DNA of 64,000 nt from Macrostomum lignano (Eukaryota): NCBI GenBank assembly GCA_002269645.1, contig NIVC01000023.1, forward strand, positions 992,001-1,056,000. Direction: 5' to 3'. Position numbers and translations under genes: made by a program. This document shows, in pieces, positions 1 through 18,639 of the stretch. The notes under the pieces are model-generated. The model had not been told where the DNA came from. It saw only the letters and a list, made by a program, of their open reading frames with translations, and ran no database searches. Within the stretch, counting starts at the first letter, position 1; every line of letters begins with the position of its first letter.

Positions 1-2024
1 TGCTTTCTAGTTTGTAATGGAAATGACAGGGTCAACCCTCACTGCAGAAGTGTTTTTGGTAGCTAAAAGCCTTTAATAGTCACGTGATGAAATCACTCAG
101 AAAGCTAGCAACCATGGTTGAACTACGAGGTCATCTGCACCCTGCAGAGCTCATTGTGGTCAACTTGAACAAACCATATGGCTTGCTTGGCTGCAATCTA
201 TTGGATGCAGAGGGCCTCTTTCACACCACATGTGTGCCCCAGAACAATACCCACTTAGTTAAGCCATTGCCTACTATAAAAGGCATAAAAGCTTGCATGG
301 AGGTTGTTGGCAACAGCCCTCACTGCAAATGATAGCTAGATAAGAGCAGGTACCAACGACCCATGAGCAGGATACCCTAGAGCAACCAAATAACAACCCA
401 ACACGCCGAAGCTCACAAAATTGTTAGGCCCCTGATTGATTTGTGCCATAATTGCTGAATAGCATAGATGCAGATTAATCCTAAACTTTTAACGAATTTG
501 CCATTAACTTTGTTAAGCACCAAGCTCCCTAAGCTCACCTATTCATATTCAAACCCACTAATCAATAACCACCAATGCTTTACTGTTGCAGTTCTCTTTC
601 CCTAGAAAGGGACATATATACCAATCCAAATCCAACATACTTTTATTTTTAGCCATTGCCCTAGCATTAACTTTGTCTATGTCCCAAACAGCTACCGACT
701 GACTCTATAAAGGCTTGCCTTGACTTATATTAATAAACAAAATATATATTTCACTTAAGCTATGCTCTTTTAATAAAAGCCTTCGGCTGAATGATGAATC
801 AATGCATAAAACACAACAAAAAGCTTTTAGTATTAAGCATTTTAAGACAATATCTAATTAAAATACCCAAGAAAGCTATTGTTATAAGTATATGATAGTG
901 ATTGTGCAGATTAGTGCACTTTCTTATGTCAAGTTAATCTAGCTATCTTTTCTCCCCCCAAATGTTTTTTGACTTATCTCATTTTCATTCCTGCATTTGC
1001 ATACCCTGCCTCCCTTGTCTATTTTTTTTTCAACCCCTATATAATTTGCATACAACTTCCCATTTTTGTTGTAAGCCAAGCTGCCATGCCTTACCCCTAT
1101 AGTTTTGATTGGCTACTAGTTGCAGTCTGCTATGCTATACTCTTAGTGATTGGCTGGCATTTCTCATCTTGGTCCCAAGCTGTTTAAGCCCCCTATAGCC
1201 ACTTTCTCCTGATGTACCCTTGACTCTAGTTTGCTATACATTTATTTAGACCCCATGAGACCCCATTTTTGTCAGCTTATAGCTTCTCTATTGGAATAAG
1301 TTGACAAAACATGGACAACCGTCCATAGCATTTTAAGATTCTCCTGGTGTCACGTTGCGTGACAGTGCTGTCTAGCATTGTGTCGCATCGCGCGACACTG
1401 TGGCAACCCGGTGTTGTCATGTATCGCGTTGCACATTGTGACAGTGTGGCAACTTGGCATATGTTGTGTTGCAGCCTGGATCTGTAGCCAAAACCTTGCA
1501 AACTACATTTCATTGTAAATTGTAATCTGTTCACAGTTGTTTCTTGGTATTTATATGTTTTAAACATGTTTGATAATAACAAGTTATTGAATTGTTTTTT
1601 TTATGGTAAAGTAACTAATACTTCAAATATAATTTTTAGAAATGTTACTTGTTAGTTACAATGCGTGCACTGTTTTTTAAGCTGCTGTACCTTTGTTGTT
1701 TTACTTTTTATTGTTTTTAAATTTCATTTCCTTTTCTGTGAAATTGAAAGGAATATTCTCGTCCTTCACCCCATGGTCTTGGTTTTGGGAGTGAGTGGCA
1801 GAGGACAATTAGGATGACTAGTTACCCTATAGGAAAAAGTTCTAAAACCGCAGACAGTGTCTGGCGCACTTTTGGAATTTTTCTAAAGTGCAGTGCGCGC
1901 ATAGGCGCAGCACCTGCGCGCGCGTTGCCCTTTCTTACTGGCTGCTGCTTTAGCAAATACATATATAAGGAAATGGGTATAATAACTCTGTGGAAGGGGC
2001 TTATACACTCATAATTTATTAAGC

Positions 2025-2337
2025 TTAGAGATGTTCCAAAAATTCAATTTCAATTTTCCAAAATTAGAAATTTTTTAGAGCAAATTTCAATTTTGAAAAA
2101 AATTTAGAAGTGAAAATTTTGGTAGTGTCTAAAAAGTTGCTAAAAATAAACTAATTTCTACTAGATATAACTGTATTACTTTTTGCTTAAGCAGTAAATT
2201 GAAAGTGAAAAAGTGAGTGTTGATCATACTAAACTTTATTTTTCTGAATTATGATTTCGGGAAATTTTAATTTTGATTTTGGAAAGTTAGCGAATTTTGA
2301 TTTCGACGAAACTGCAGATCTTTAGGAACATCTCTAA
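2025..2337. mobile_element. Putative MITE (~310 bp)
   Basis: Perfect 13-bp terminal inverted repeat TTAGAGATGTTCC (2025) / GGAACATCTCTAA (2325-2337) around an AT-rich interior. No clear target-site duplication (TSD). Confidence 0.5.
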
Positions 2338-4191
2338 TAATCCTAAAGAGCAGTAAAATAGTTTGACTCTTTTCTAAAGTGCGCGTCTGTGGGTTTTCAA
2401 CATTTATTCCAATAGGGACTAGTTAGGCAACGTGCAACGTGGCTGCTATGGTGTTCTCCCCCCCCCCTGGTCATTTAGTCAATAGACATTGGTATTGCAT
2501 TGCCCCCCCCTAGTCAACGCTTTTGTTGTGTCGTGCTTTTGAGGGCACAATTTTGGTACTCATATTGCATGTCCGCGGGTTTTTAAAACTTATTCCAATA
2601 GGGTATAGCTCCCTAGGACCCTAGTGACTTGTACTAATGTTGTATGCCCATCGAATTGTGCGTCTCTACCACTAAAAGCTATATGTAAAACAAAGTACTA
2701 GAAAAATGCAAATATAAGAAGATTTCTGCTGCCTTATTGGTACTGTTTGGGATTTAAACTATTAAAAAATTGTGGCTAATAAAGCTTTAAATCTGCAAGT
2801 TCTTCTTGCCTAGTACAAAGCTAAAGTCTACATTTTTATTAGGCACTTTAGAAAGAAGAAGCGCATTGTACAGCAGCCCCACCCTAAGCAGCTCCTATAT
2901 AAGACTGTGGGTTATTGTGCATCATACATTTAAGCAGGCTAGTCCCAACTAACCCTACGTCATATACATGCCAATGAAAGACTACATACAGCCAGGGTCA
3001 ATATATAAACCTGGGTCTAGGAAAAAGGATATAAAAAGACTAAGCCTATGAGCAACTATCACTACACTGTATTGGATTAAACATAGTTATTGATCCTGGT
3101 ATAGAATAAGCACATGGAAGGGATTAAATCTGATAATAAAATAGGCTAAATAATAGGCCTATAAAATATGAAATCAAATAATTTGATTGAAATGCATAAC
3201 TTACAATTACATAGATCCATATATAAGCCATTCATTTACTTTAAAAGTACAACTAGACTCTGGCTCATTTCGTCCTTGGGAATTTTAGAGACAGACAGTT
3301 CATTTGAAAAAAAACTTGTCAATGAAATAACCTACCACCCCTGCCCCTATCCTATCTATCACTGTGCATTTTAAGATAGGCCTAGTTAATCAAAAGGCAA
3401 GTTTTTTAGCAAATACTTGATACCAAATACTTAAAAATACTTACACATTGGCAATTTTGAACAAGTCATTCGCAGTAAAAGGCCTAATAGTTGTCATAGT
3501 TTGTGTCGGAGACTGAGATAAATGGGCGATTAAATATAGTAAATTTTGTAAGTGTTTTTAATTAATTTGCAATCAATCACTAAATTACTACTTTTTGTTA
3601 GGAAACTGTTGTATAATCTAATATACTAACATATACTACATAGAGTTTTGAGCAGATCCGACTATAATTGTCAAAAATCATCATTCAGGCTTCAGCGTGC
3701 GTGCTTCTGTTTTTGTTTTGAAGCAAATAGATAAATTTCGTAATTGAATATTAAAAAATTAAAACATAAGATGAGCTGTATCGATTAAATTTCTTTAAAA
3801 CACAATTTCTACTATACCTATAAAGTATTTTGTTTTACCATTTATTATATTTTAAAACAAAAATATTCTAAGAAGCATTAAGAAGTTCGCTTGCTTAAAT
3901 TAGCTAGTTGTCAACTACTCGAGTACATTCCGGTGACTGGTGTGTGTCGTCTGCCAGCTTTTTGTTCTCCGTTATTATTCTTTGTACATTAAAATTATTT
4001 TTTTGTTTGATGCAAAATAGTCTTACATTTTGTGAACTGATTACTTGTACTTATTAGTTATGGGCACGGTAGTAAAACGTAGAAGCCTGAGCTTAAGCTG
4101 AAGGCGACAAATTAACTGGTGAAAATGTAGTCCGTCTAGTCTATACATAGTTTTATTGTATATAGTATAATTAAACGTATGTGTTGAAAAG

Positions 4192-4493
4192 GGATGCCCG
4201 TCAAAACGGCCACACGCGGAACGGCCACGACAAAACGGCCACACCGTCAAAACGGCCACACGACAAAACGGCCACATAAAACAAAAAGGGTTGCAGATCG
4301 ATTGCAGATCAAATAATTGACCATCCACCTTTATTCTTAATTGACCAGTGCCTCGGCCCCCATGTACGCCACCCCCCCCCCGATCGTTCATCATTTATCT
4401 TTCTACTTAAATGTACATTCAACCCTCCACTTCTCGTATCTCTAATGTTACATCGTGTGGCCGTTCTGCGTGTGGCTGTTTTGACGGCACCCC
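4192..4493. mobile_element. Non-autonomous DNA transposon (MITE), Mutator-like by TSD length
   Basis: Imperfect ~40-bp TIRs (GGATGCCCGTCAAAACGGCCACACGCGGAACGGCCAC / GTGGCCGTTCTGCGTGTGGCTGTTTTGACGGCACCCC). Subterminal AAAACGGCCACA repeats. 9-bp direct repeat GTTGAAAAG at 4183-4191 and 4494-4502. Confidence 0.75.
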
Positions 4494-5618
4494 GTTGAAA
4501 AGTATGACAAGATTTACTCATCAAGTAGCCATAGGGCCTAGTAAAACTAAAAGATTTAAGTAGGCCTAACTTTTGTTGGTTGAGTTTATTTAGCCTTTAA
4601 AATTAAAGCTAGGCTTGGGCGGTTTCCAGCCATAGTCTTGATCATGTTTGGTGCACACCTAAACAACAATTGAATGGTCACAAGTGCATGCCAAAAAATG
4701 TAAGTGCATGCTAATCAGTGCATGCTAGTGCAGGCTAGTCACTAAGTCACCTAGTGTTGTGACAATAGATGACCTTTTTGCAATGCAACTATAAATGACC
4801 ATTTTGCATTGTTAAAATAACCCTTTTGGCAGATAATTCAGTTGATTGTTTTTTATTTTTTATTGCTACTTTTTACAGCAAAAAATTGATATGCATAAAC
4901 ATTTGTCTATTTAAATGCTTTAGGCCTATTATAAGCATACACTCTCAAATCTATTATACAGTATGCCAGAAAAAATGACCCCTAACATTATAAATTCAAT
5001 TTATACCAGAAAAACAAATTTACTAAATTTACTATTTACTAAATTTACTTAATTTACTAAGATTTGAATAAATAAATCGGATCATACTGGCATAACAGGC
5101 TCCTTAAGCCTGAGCCAAATTTACTACTACTACTACTATTACTATTACTTTACTTGCCAAGCATTATCAAAAAATCATTGCAACAATAAAGGACCTTTTT
5201 TGTATATTATAACAATATAAGACCCTTACTTACATTACAATATTTCAGTTTTCTTATACCATATGCCAGCTCTATGGTTCAACTTTCCAGTGATATGTTT
5301 TGTATATTGGATACTTTATGCTAACCCTTTTAGGTCTGTTGTACACTAAAATTTCTGGTTAGTCTAGTTATTTTCTAGTTTATATAAAAGATTTAGGAGG
5401 GGTTAAAAGCTTAAAAACTGGAAAGCTTGAAATTTATGCTTAAAAATAAACATTTTAATATTTTTCCACTTAACATTAACTTTTCTATGTGATTCTATAA
5501 AATGCAGACCAGGTGTGCATGCACATTATTTTCTTAAGGATAATGCGTGCCAACTGTATATGCCTAATTTTTGGCATGCAAAGCCAATAGATACCCAAAT
5601 TTTCAGGCATATACTATA

Positions 5619-6405
5619 GGCTCATTCCATATAAGCATGGTCGTAACATGACAGGCTATTTTTACTTATAAAATGAAATATAATAATAGAATATAGTAAA
5701 CCAATATTTTAAATGAAAGATAATTTTGTCAAAAATATTTTTATAGAGTTTCATGTAGATATCATCATTAGTATAGATGCTATTAAACCTTGAATGGCAC
5801 TTATGGTCGTAACAACAGGATTTTTGACATATAGAAACTAAAAGGTAAAAGTCTTATAACATTTTTATTTTTGATATTTTGCAATACATTTTTTAAAATT
5901 TGACTAAGAACATCTTTAGTAATCATACTCTTTTTGTAGAATATATAAACTCAAAAAGGCAACAAAGATACAAAAGAAAATGCAGCCTTATGGTCGTAAC
6001 ATTATGGTCGTAACATATTTTTTTCTGTCAATTCAGTAACTTTGAGGTACCAATATATTAAAAATATAATAGATTATTTGGTCACCAATACTTTTATCTG
6101 ATGATGCAAGTACTATACTTTTATCTATAGTTTGTTTCAACCTTCCAAAGCTTTCTATTTGTTTTTAAAAGGTACACAAACTTAATGATGTCTTTTGCTT
6201 AGAAAAATGTCTAAATTTTTACAAAAATGACTTTTTGCCACTTGATAGCATACTAATCTAACATTTTATCATTCATTTATTCTTAGATTGTAGATATTAC
6301 ACATAAAAAACATTTGGTAAAAAAATTGGCTGATAAGGCAATGGCAAGCAAAAATATTGACTTTTTTCTATTTTCCAAAAATGTTCATCTTATATGGAAT
6401 GAGCC
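5619..6405. mobile_element. Non-autonomous TIR element (~790 bp)
   Basis: Perfect 17-bp TIR GGCTCATTCCATATAAG / CTTATATGGAATGAGCC, flanked by TATA on both sides (TA or TATA TSD). The internal motif ATGGTCGTAACA occurs 4 times. Confidence 0.75.
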
Positions 6406-7922
6406 TATATGATCTGGAATGTTGGTTTCTAGTTGATTTGTCTGCTTTTTGACTAGGCCCTACTCATAACCTTTTGGGTGCAGCCCATTTTGGTAAATGA
6501 ATTTTTTGCAAAAGATGCTTTAGCGAAAGTAAATTTTTAGTACACATTAAATAGATGTACATTTTGGCGAAAGAAAGTGACTAGTTTGGCAAAAAATGGG
6601 CTACATATATAATTGCAAACATACCACTTTGGTGATTGAAGCTTTTAATAAATTGTTTATTGCTGCAAATTATTTGCAATTATAGAATTAAAAAACTTAT
6701 GACTTAGCTTGTAGCTATGTTATGTACATGTGATCTATCAATATATGCAGTTGATAGATTATGGATGATGACAATTGACAATGTGGTTTTTCAGATTTCC
6801 TGTTCCTAAAATTGTACTTTGAAATCCTGCCATAATGGCCAGAATGGCATCTAATAAAACAACTAAATTAAACTGTGACAGAACAAAACCATGTCACAAT
6901 AAAATTAGCCTTTATAAAGTTATTTATTTTTCTTTTTAAATTTCTTCTAAAACAACAAAAACTCTTCAGCATAGCTTGGAACAAATCTTAAATGGTCAGC
7001 TTTAGACAAAATGGTCATTGCAAAAGTATTTTTTGCTATTATGTGTGCAATGTTGAAATATGACTAATATATTAAATGCCAAAAAAGTCAGTTATTAACA
7101 ATAGGCCTATATCTTACAATATGATTCTTATCAGCTATGGTAGCAATGACTTTATTATGGCACTATTTTAAGCCAAAAATATGAGGGGTATCCCAGAAGT
7201 AGTGTCACATTTGCTTCCACAAGTATTAAAAGAATCATTTGCCTTAAAAGTGGGTGGCTTATTTTAGCTTTCATGCCATGTAAGTCCCATTTTTATAAGT
7301 GCTTCCTGCTGTAAGCAGCATGCATTTGTTTGCATACCCTTGGCCATAGAAATACACACCGCATAGTGCTATGCTCACTCAGAAGAAAGCCACAAGTAGA
7401 GCTGATCAAGCACAGAGTCGCAAGACAGCAGTTTGAGGCTGACCATAGTGTGTTGCCAACTTACCCAAAGGTGGTTGGCCTTTAACATCTTCAGCCAGCC
7501 TCAAACTGTTCGATCTACCTGTAAACTGTTCATCAACTGATGAAATTGGGACCATGAATGTAGGTCAGGTTTTCCTGAATTTCAGGGCATTTCTGACCAC
7601 GACTCCAAATTGTAAAAACTGCATGTCTCCACCTTTCTGTAGAGTGAATGTTAGGGTCCATGACTGGAACAAATCTTGCAGGTGATGTCTGCAATCTTGT
7701 TGCTGCTTTTCATTTCAAACTCCATTGCCAATATCAAGTTTAGTGCATCTGTAATATAAGTTGATTGATGCATTTTCAAAGTAAACTGGCAATATGGCAA
7801 GTTTTCTATAGTTATTGCCCTTGTCAAATGATATTTAGCATGTGCAATTTCTAATGTGCATAATCATCCCTTAGTTCTTCTCCTCCCAGTCTATCTGTCT
7901 GTGAACCCTTGATATGCCTCTG

Positions 7923-8206
7923 CATACATGCGCAACAGTCGGCCGAGTCGGCCGATCCGGCCGACCGATTTGGCGGCCAATCAAGGAAGTCGCAAAAGTG
8001 CCCACCCGAAAAAATACCAAAGTAGTAGTACTAAGTAGCTGACGAGACATAAGACTCATAGTTACTCCTGCCGTTTACCCAAAGTTGGGTTAATTTTGCT
8101 TTAGGGTTTTTTACATGTAAGTCACATTTTTGGCCAAAAACTACGTCGCATTTTTGTTAAAACTAAGTCGCACGGCCAACCGAATTTTGGAGGTTGCGCA
8201 TGTATG
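7923..8206. mobile_element. hAT-type MITE
   Basis: 14-bp TIR CATACATGCGCAAC / GTTGCGCATGTATG. 8-bp TSD TGCCTCTG / TGTCTCTG (1 mismatch). Confidence 0.75.
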
Positions 8207-8424
8207 TGTCTCTGTATATTTTTAGAATTTATTCCAACAGGGACAACATGAATAATAATTTAAATTAAACAAGTAGATCATCATAACATTGTTATTCATA
8301 TTGGCTTACATTTTTTTATGCATGGCCTCTAAACTTAATGAATAAAATAATTGTCATTGATATTACCAATAAACTGGCTTACTGCAATATTAAGTGAGCA
8401 TCAAGAGAAAAAAAGCAGACAAGC

Positions 8425-14946
<6,522 letters not shown>

Positions 14947-15042
14947 GACTGCACTCTCTGTTATTCTGCCAAGAACTTGCCTGCTGATAGTTGACAGATA
15001 CCAGAATAACTAAATAAGACACTCAGCACATTTGCATGTAAG

Positions 15043-15612
15043 CTACTTTCAGTTCAGTAGCAAGTTAAACAGAAGCATTTTAATGCATGTTTAAAGCCAA
15101 GGCTCTTACCCCCAGCTTAAACCCTCCAACCGCGCCTTTCCACACTTGCCCCGCCCCAATTTTTATTGCCTTTCTCGGACTTCCAGCCTAAAGCGGCCGT
15201 GTACATTTCAGTGGAGTGGCTAATGTACATTATTGCTGAACCAATTAGCAATTTGTTTACGCCTGCAAGCTTTGAGCCTCTAAAATTATCAAAGCTGCCT
15301 CAGTAGTAAATTAAACAAAAGCATTTTATGGTATTTTTAAAGCCAAGGCATATTGGCTCTTACCCCAACTTAACACCCCAACAGTGCTATTCCACACTAC
15401 TCCGCCCCAATTTTTATTGCCTTTCTCGGAATTCCAGCCTAAAGCTGCCATGTACATTCAGTGGACTGGCTAATGTACACTTCTGCTGAATCAATTAGCA
15501 AGTTGTTTACGCCTGCAAGCTCGGGCTTTTAAACTTATCGAAGTCTTTTCAGCTGCCTTTATTTTTATAAGAATAGCTTATGTATTCTTCCTTGCTGCTG
15601 AACTGAAAGTAG
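15043..15612. mobile_element. MITE family A, copy 1 (with an internal ~240-bp duplication)
   Basis: TIR CTACTTTCAGTTCAGTAGCAAG / CTTGCTGCTGAACTGAAAGTAG. Homologous to 53113-53456. Confidence 0.75.
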
Positions 15613-16510
15613 AAAGCTGTTTTACGAGGTTTATGCCTGAGTGGCCCATCCAGCTATTTTAGTATCTGTGAGCTAGAGAGAAGGCATGGAGCTGTCCAAT
15701 TCGCTGGCCATAGTACACACGTACTCAGAGATACTGTACTCAGGAACTGGATGTACAACGGCCCTGCCTTTCTCCTTGCGACCCCCAAAATGCCATACAA
15801 ATCACTTAATCAGTAGGCAAATTTTAAGAAAAGTAATACCCATCAATGCGGTAGTAAAAAACTATACACAAACGATCACTATCCTAACGAACAGCAGTGA
15901 TTATGATCATTATTTTTATTTTAGCTTTATTTCACTTATCGATTAGTGTATTATTTCTAAATCCTAAATCCTACAATTGTTTTTATATATAAAAAGATTA
16001 CTATTAATATTAATTTGCAATCGTGTTTTCTGTACTTGGCATATGAATTATTTCTACAATCGTAATAAAGTCAGTAATTTTGATTTCAGTTATGTTGTAA
16101 AGAAATTATTTACCAAAAATCTATTATCCTCATGGTGCTTTTTATGTCGGAATTTTTTGTTTTTTTGTACTAATTTTCTGAGTTTTGATTAGCACAGAAA
16201 AAATTGTTTGTACTCTTGAAGTAAAACTTTGGCTTATCCGTTATTGTACTTCGGCGGTCGTCTGTGATGCTTAATCTGCTTTAGTTCTGCTAACTGACTG
16301 TGTTCCTATTATTGTTATTAAAATATTCGAGTTGTTCGAAAACTTCTTAGTGCCACAAAACATTTTGTACTTTCTAATCAAATATTCAAGTGCTGCTATT
16401 TTTAGTTTATGCTTCAAGTTCACCAATCATTCGGTCGTTACAGATTTCAGATTAATGATTCCTATTGTAATCCAATAGCTTAATTAGTATGTGTAAAAAT
16501 CAAGGACATT

Positions 16511-17067
16511 TTAGTAGAAACACGGGAACCTCGTTTCTTAGAAAACAGAATGTTTAGTAGAAACACGGGAACCTCGTTTCTTAGAAAACAGAATGTTTAG
16601 TAGAAACACGGGAACCTCGTTTCTTAGAAAACAGAATGTTTAGTAGAAACACGGGAACCTCGTTCCTTAGAAAACAGAATGTTTAGTAGAAACACGGGAA
16701 CCTCGTTCCTTAGAAAACAGAATGTTTAGTAGAAACACGGGAACCTCGTTTCTTAGAAAACAGAATGTTTAGTAGAAACACGGGAACCTCGTTCCTTAGA
16801 AAACAGAATGTTTAGTAGAAACACGGGAACCTCGTTCCTTAGAAAACAGAATGTTTAGTAGAAACACGGGAATCTCGTTCCTTAGAAAACAGAATGTTTA
16901 GTAGAAACACGAGAACCTCGTTCCTTAGAAAACAGAATGTTTAGTAGAAACACGAGAACCTCGTTCCTTAGAAAACAGAATGTTCAGTAGAAACACGGGA
17001 ATCTCTTTCCTTAGAAAACAGAATGTTTAGTAGAAACACGGGAACCTCGTTCCTTAGAAAACAAAAC
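16511..17067 (+). repeat. 43-bp intergenic minisatellite
   Basis: Unit TTAGTAGAAACACGGGAACCTCGTTTCTTAGAAAACAGAATGT, about 13 head-to-tail copies, no spacers. Confidence 0.95.
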
Positions 17068-17925
17068 GTCTTTACTGAAAGCAGGTCGAATACTCTTAGG
17101 GAGTATCTTGGAAGAGTTGTCTAAAAAAATAAGTTCCAGAAACGGAGTTTCCTCATCCTACTTGAGCTGTCTTTAATCCTGATGATCTTCCCATATGTTT
17201 TTGATCAGTTTTCAATAGCCTGTGTATTAAATATTCACGCAAATATGATATTCAAGCCAAATGAAGCAATTCGTGTACTGTTAAACTATTTAATCAATTT
17301 ATTTTTGTCTACAATATACTCTATGTATTAATTTGTATTTGAAGCCAATTATGAGCAATTTTCACTATTTTTTCTAGCGATTGCTTCTGTGATTAAAGCT
17401 TTGCCTGCTAAGTTTTGATCAATTTGTTAAAAATAGAATCGTACTCTTATACACGAGCGTGTCTGCAAGTATTTGATAGCTAATTTATTTCTAGACTTAA
17501 GAATCTTACGAATCTTATCTTGAAATAATCTTATTGATAAAACTAAACAATTCAAAATGATTTTTCATTCATCGATATGTAAATAAAATATAATTGGAAA
17601 TTTCACTCGCACAGAAGACTTCAGATGGTGCAAAAAAGATCTTTTAAAAAAATCAAAACAAAAATCAGAAGTTATTTTTGTTTCTTGAGTTACCTTTATC
17701 AAGTAAATAAGGTAAGTACACACACACCTGTTTGTTTATATTTAACCTTTCAAATAAGATAATAAGGTTATTGACATTTCATCCAAAAGCTAAGCAAACT
17801 TTCTATATTTTTTTCTGTGTGCAGAAAAAATGCGACAAAAACCAGCTTTTTCTTTGTCTACATACTCCTGTTTCAGAAATTGGAGGCCTTAAATTAACTT
17901 TTATGAACCTTTTTTGTTGTTTCAT

Positions 17926-18548
17926 CGGGCCGACAATTTTAAATTTGGAGGCTACAATCGTACCCTTTGATGTTTTACCGGACCGACAATTTTAAATTTG
18001 GAAGCTACAATCTTACCCTTTGATGTTTTACCGGACCGACAATTCTAAATTTGGAAGCTAAAATCTTACCCTTTGATGTTTCACCGGACCGACAATTCTA
18101 AATTTGGAAGCTACAATCTTACCCTTTGATGTTTTACCGGACCGACAATTTTAAATTTGGAAGCTACAATCTTACCCTTTGATGTTTCACCGGACCGACA
18201 ATTCTAAATTTGGAGGCTACAATCGTACCCTTTGATGTTTCACCGGACCGACAATTTTAAATTTGGAAGCTACAATCGTACCCTTTGATGTTTTACCGGA
18301 CCGACAATTTTAAATTTGGAAGCTACAATCGTACCCTTTGATGTTTTACCGGACCGACAATTCTAAATTTGGAAGCTAAAATCTTACCCTTTGATGTTTC
18401 ACCGGACCGACAATTTTAAATTTCGAGGCTACAATCTTACCCTTTGATGTTTCACCGGACCGACAATTTTAAATTTCGAGGCTACAATCTTACCCTTTGA
18501 TGTTTTACCGGACCGACAATTCTTAATTTGGAGGCTACAATCGCACCT
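17926..18548 (+). repeat. 53-bp intergenic minisatellite
   Basis: Unit GGACCGACAATTTTAAATTTGGAAGCTACAATCTTACCCTTTGATGTTTTACC, about 11-12 copies. Confidence 0.95.
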
Positions 18549-18639
18549 TTAATCCTTCGTCGACAACTTAACAGAGAGTCTGATTTGTTATAAATTTACT
18601 TGAGAGAAATGATAAAAAATAAGTATTCAAAAGGTTACT

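Noticed and set aside
84-1582. Short ORFs at the window start
   Set aside because: No domain similarity, no consistent splice structure and lengths expected by chance.
7400-7800. Minus-strand fragment resembling the LINE RT region after YADD (LQDLFQSWTLTF..K..MQF) or a small zinc-ribbon (CKIC)
   Set aside because: Multiple stops and only weak motif resemblance; it cannot be supported without BLASTx.
16511-18548. 43-bp and 53-bp arrays as CRISPR-like loci
   Set aside because: Units are head-to-tail with no unique spacers, there are no cas genes and the context is eukaryotic.
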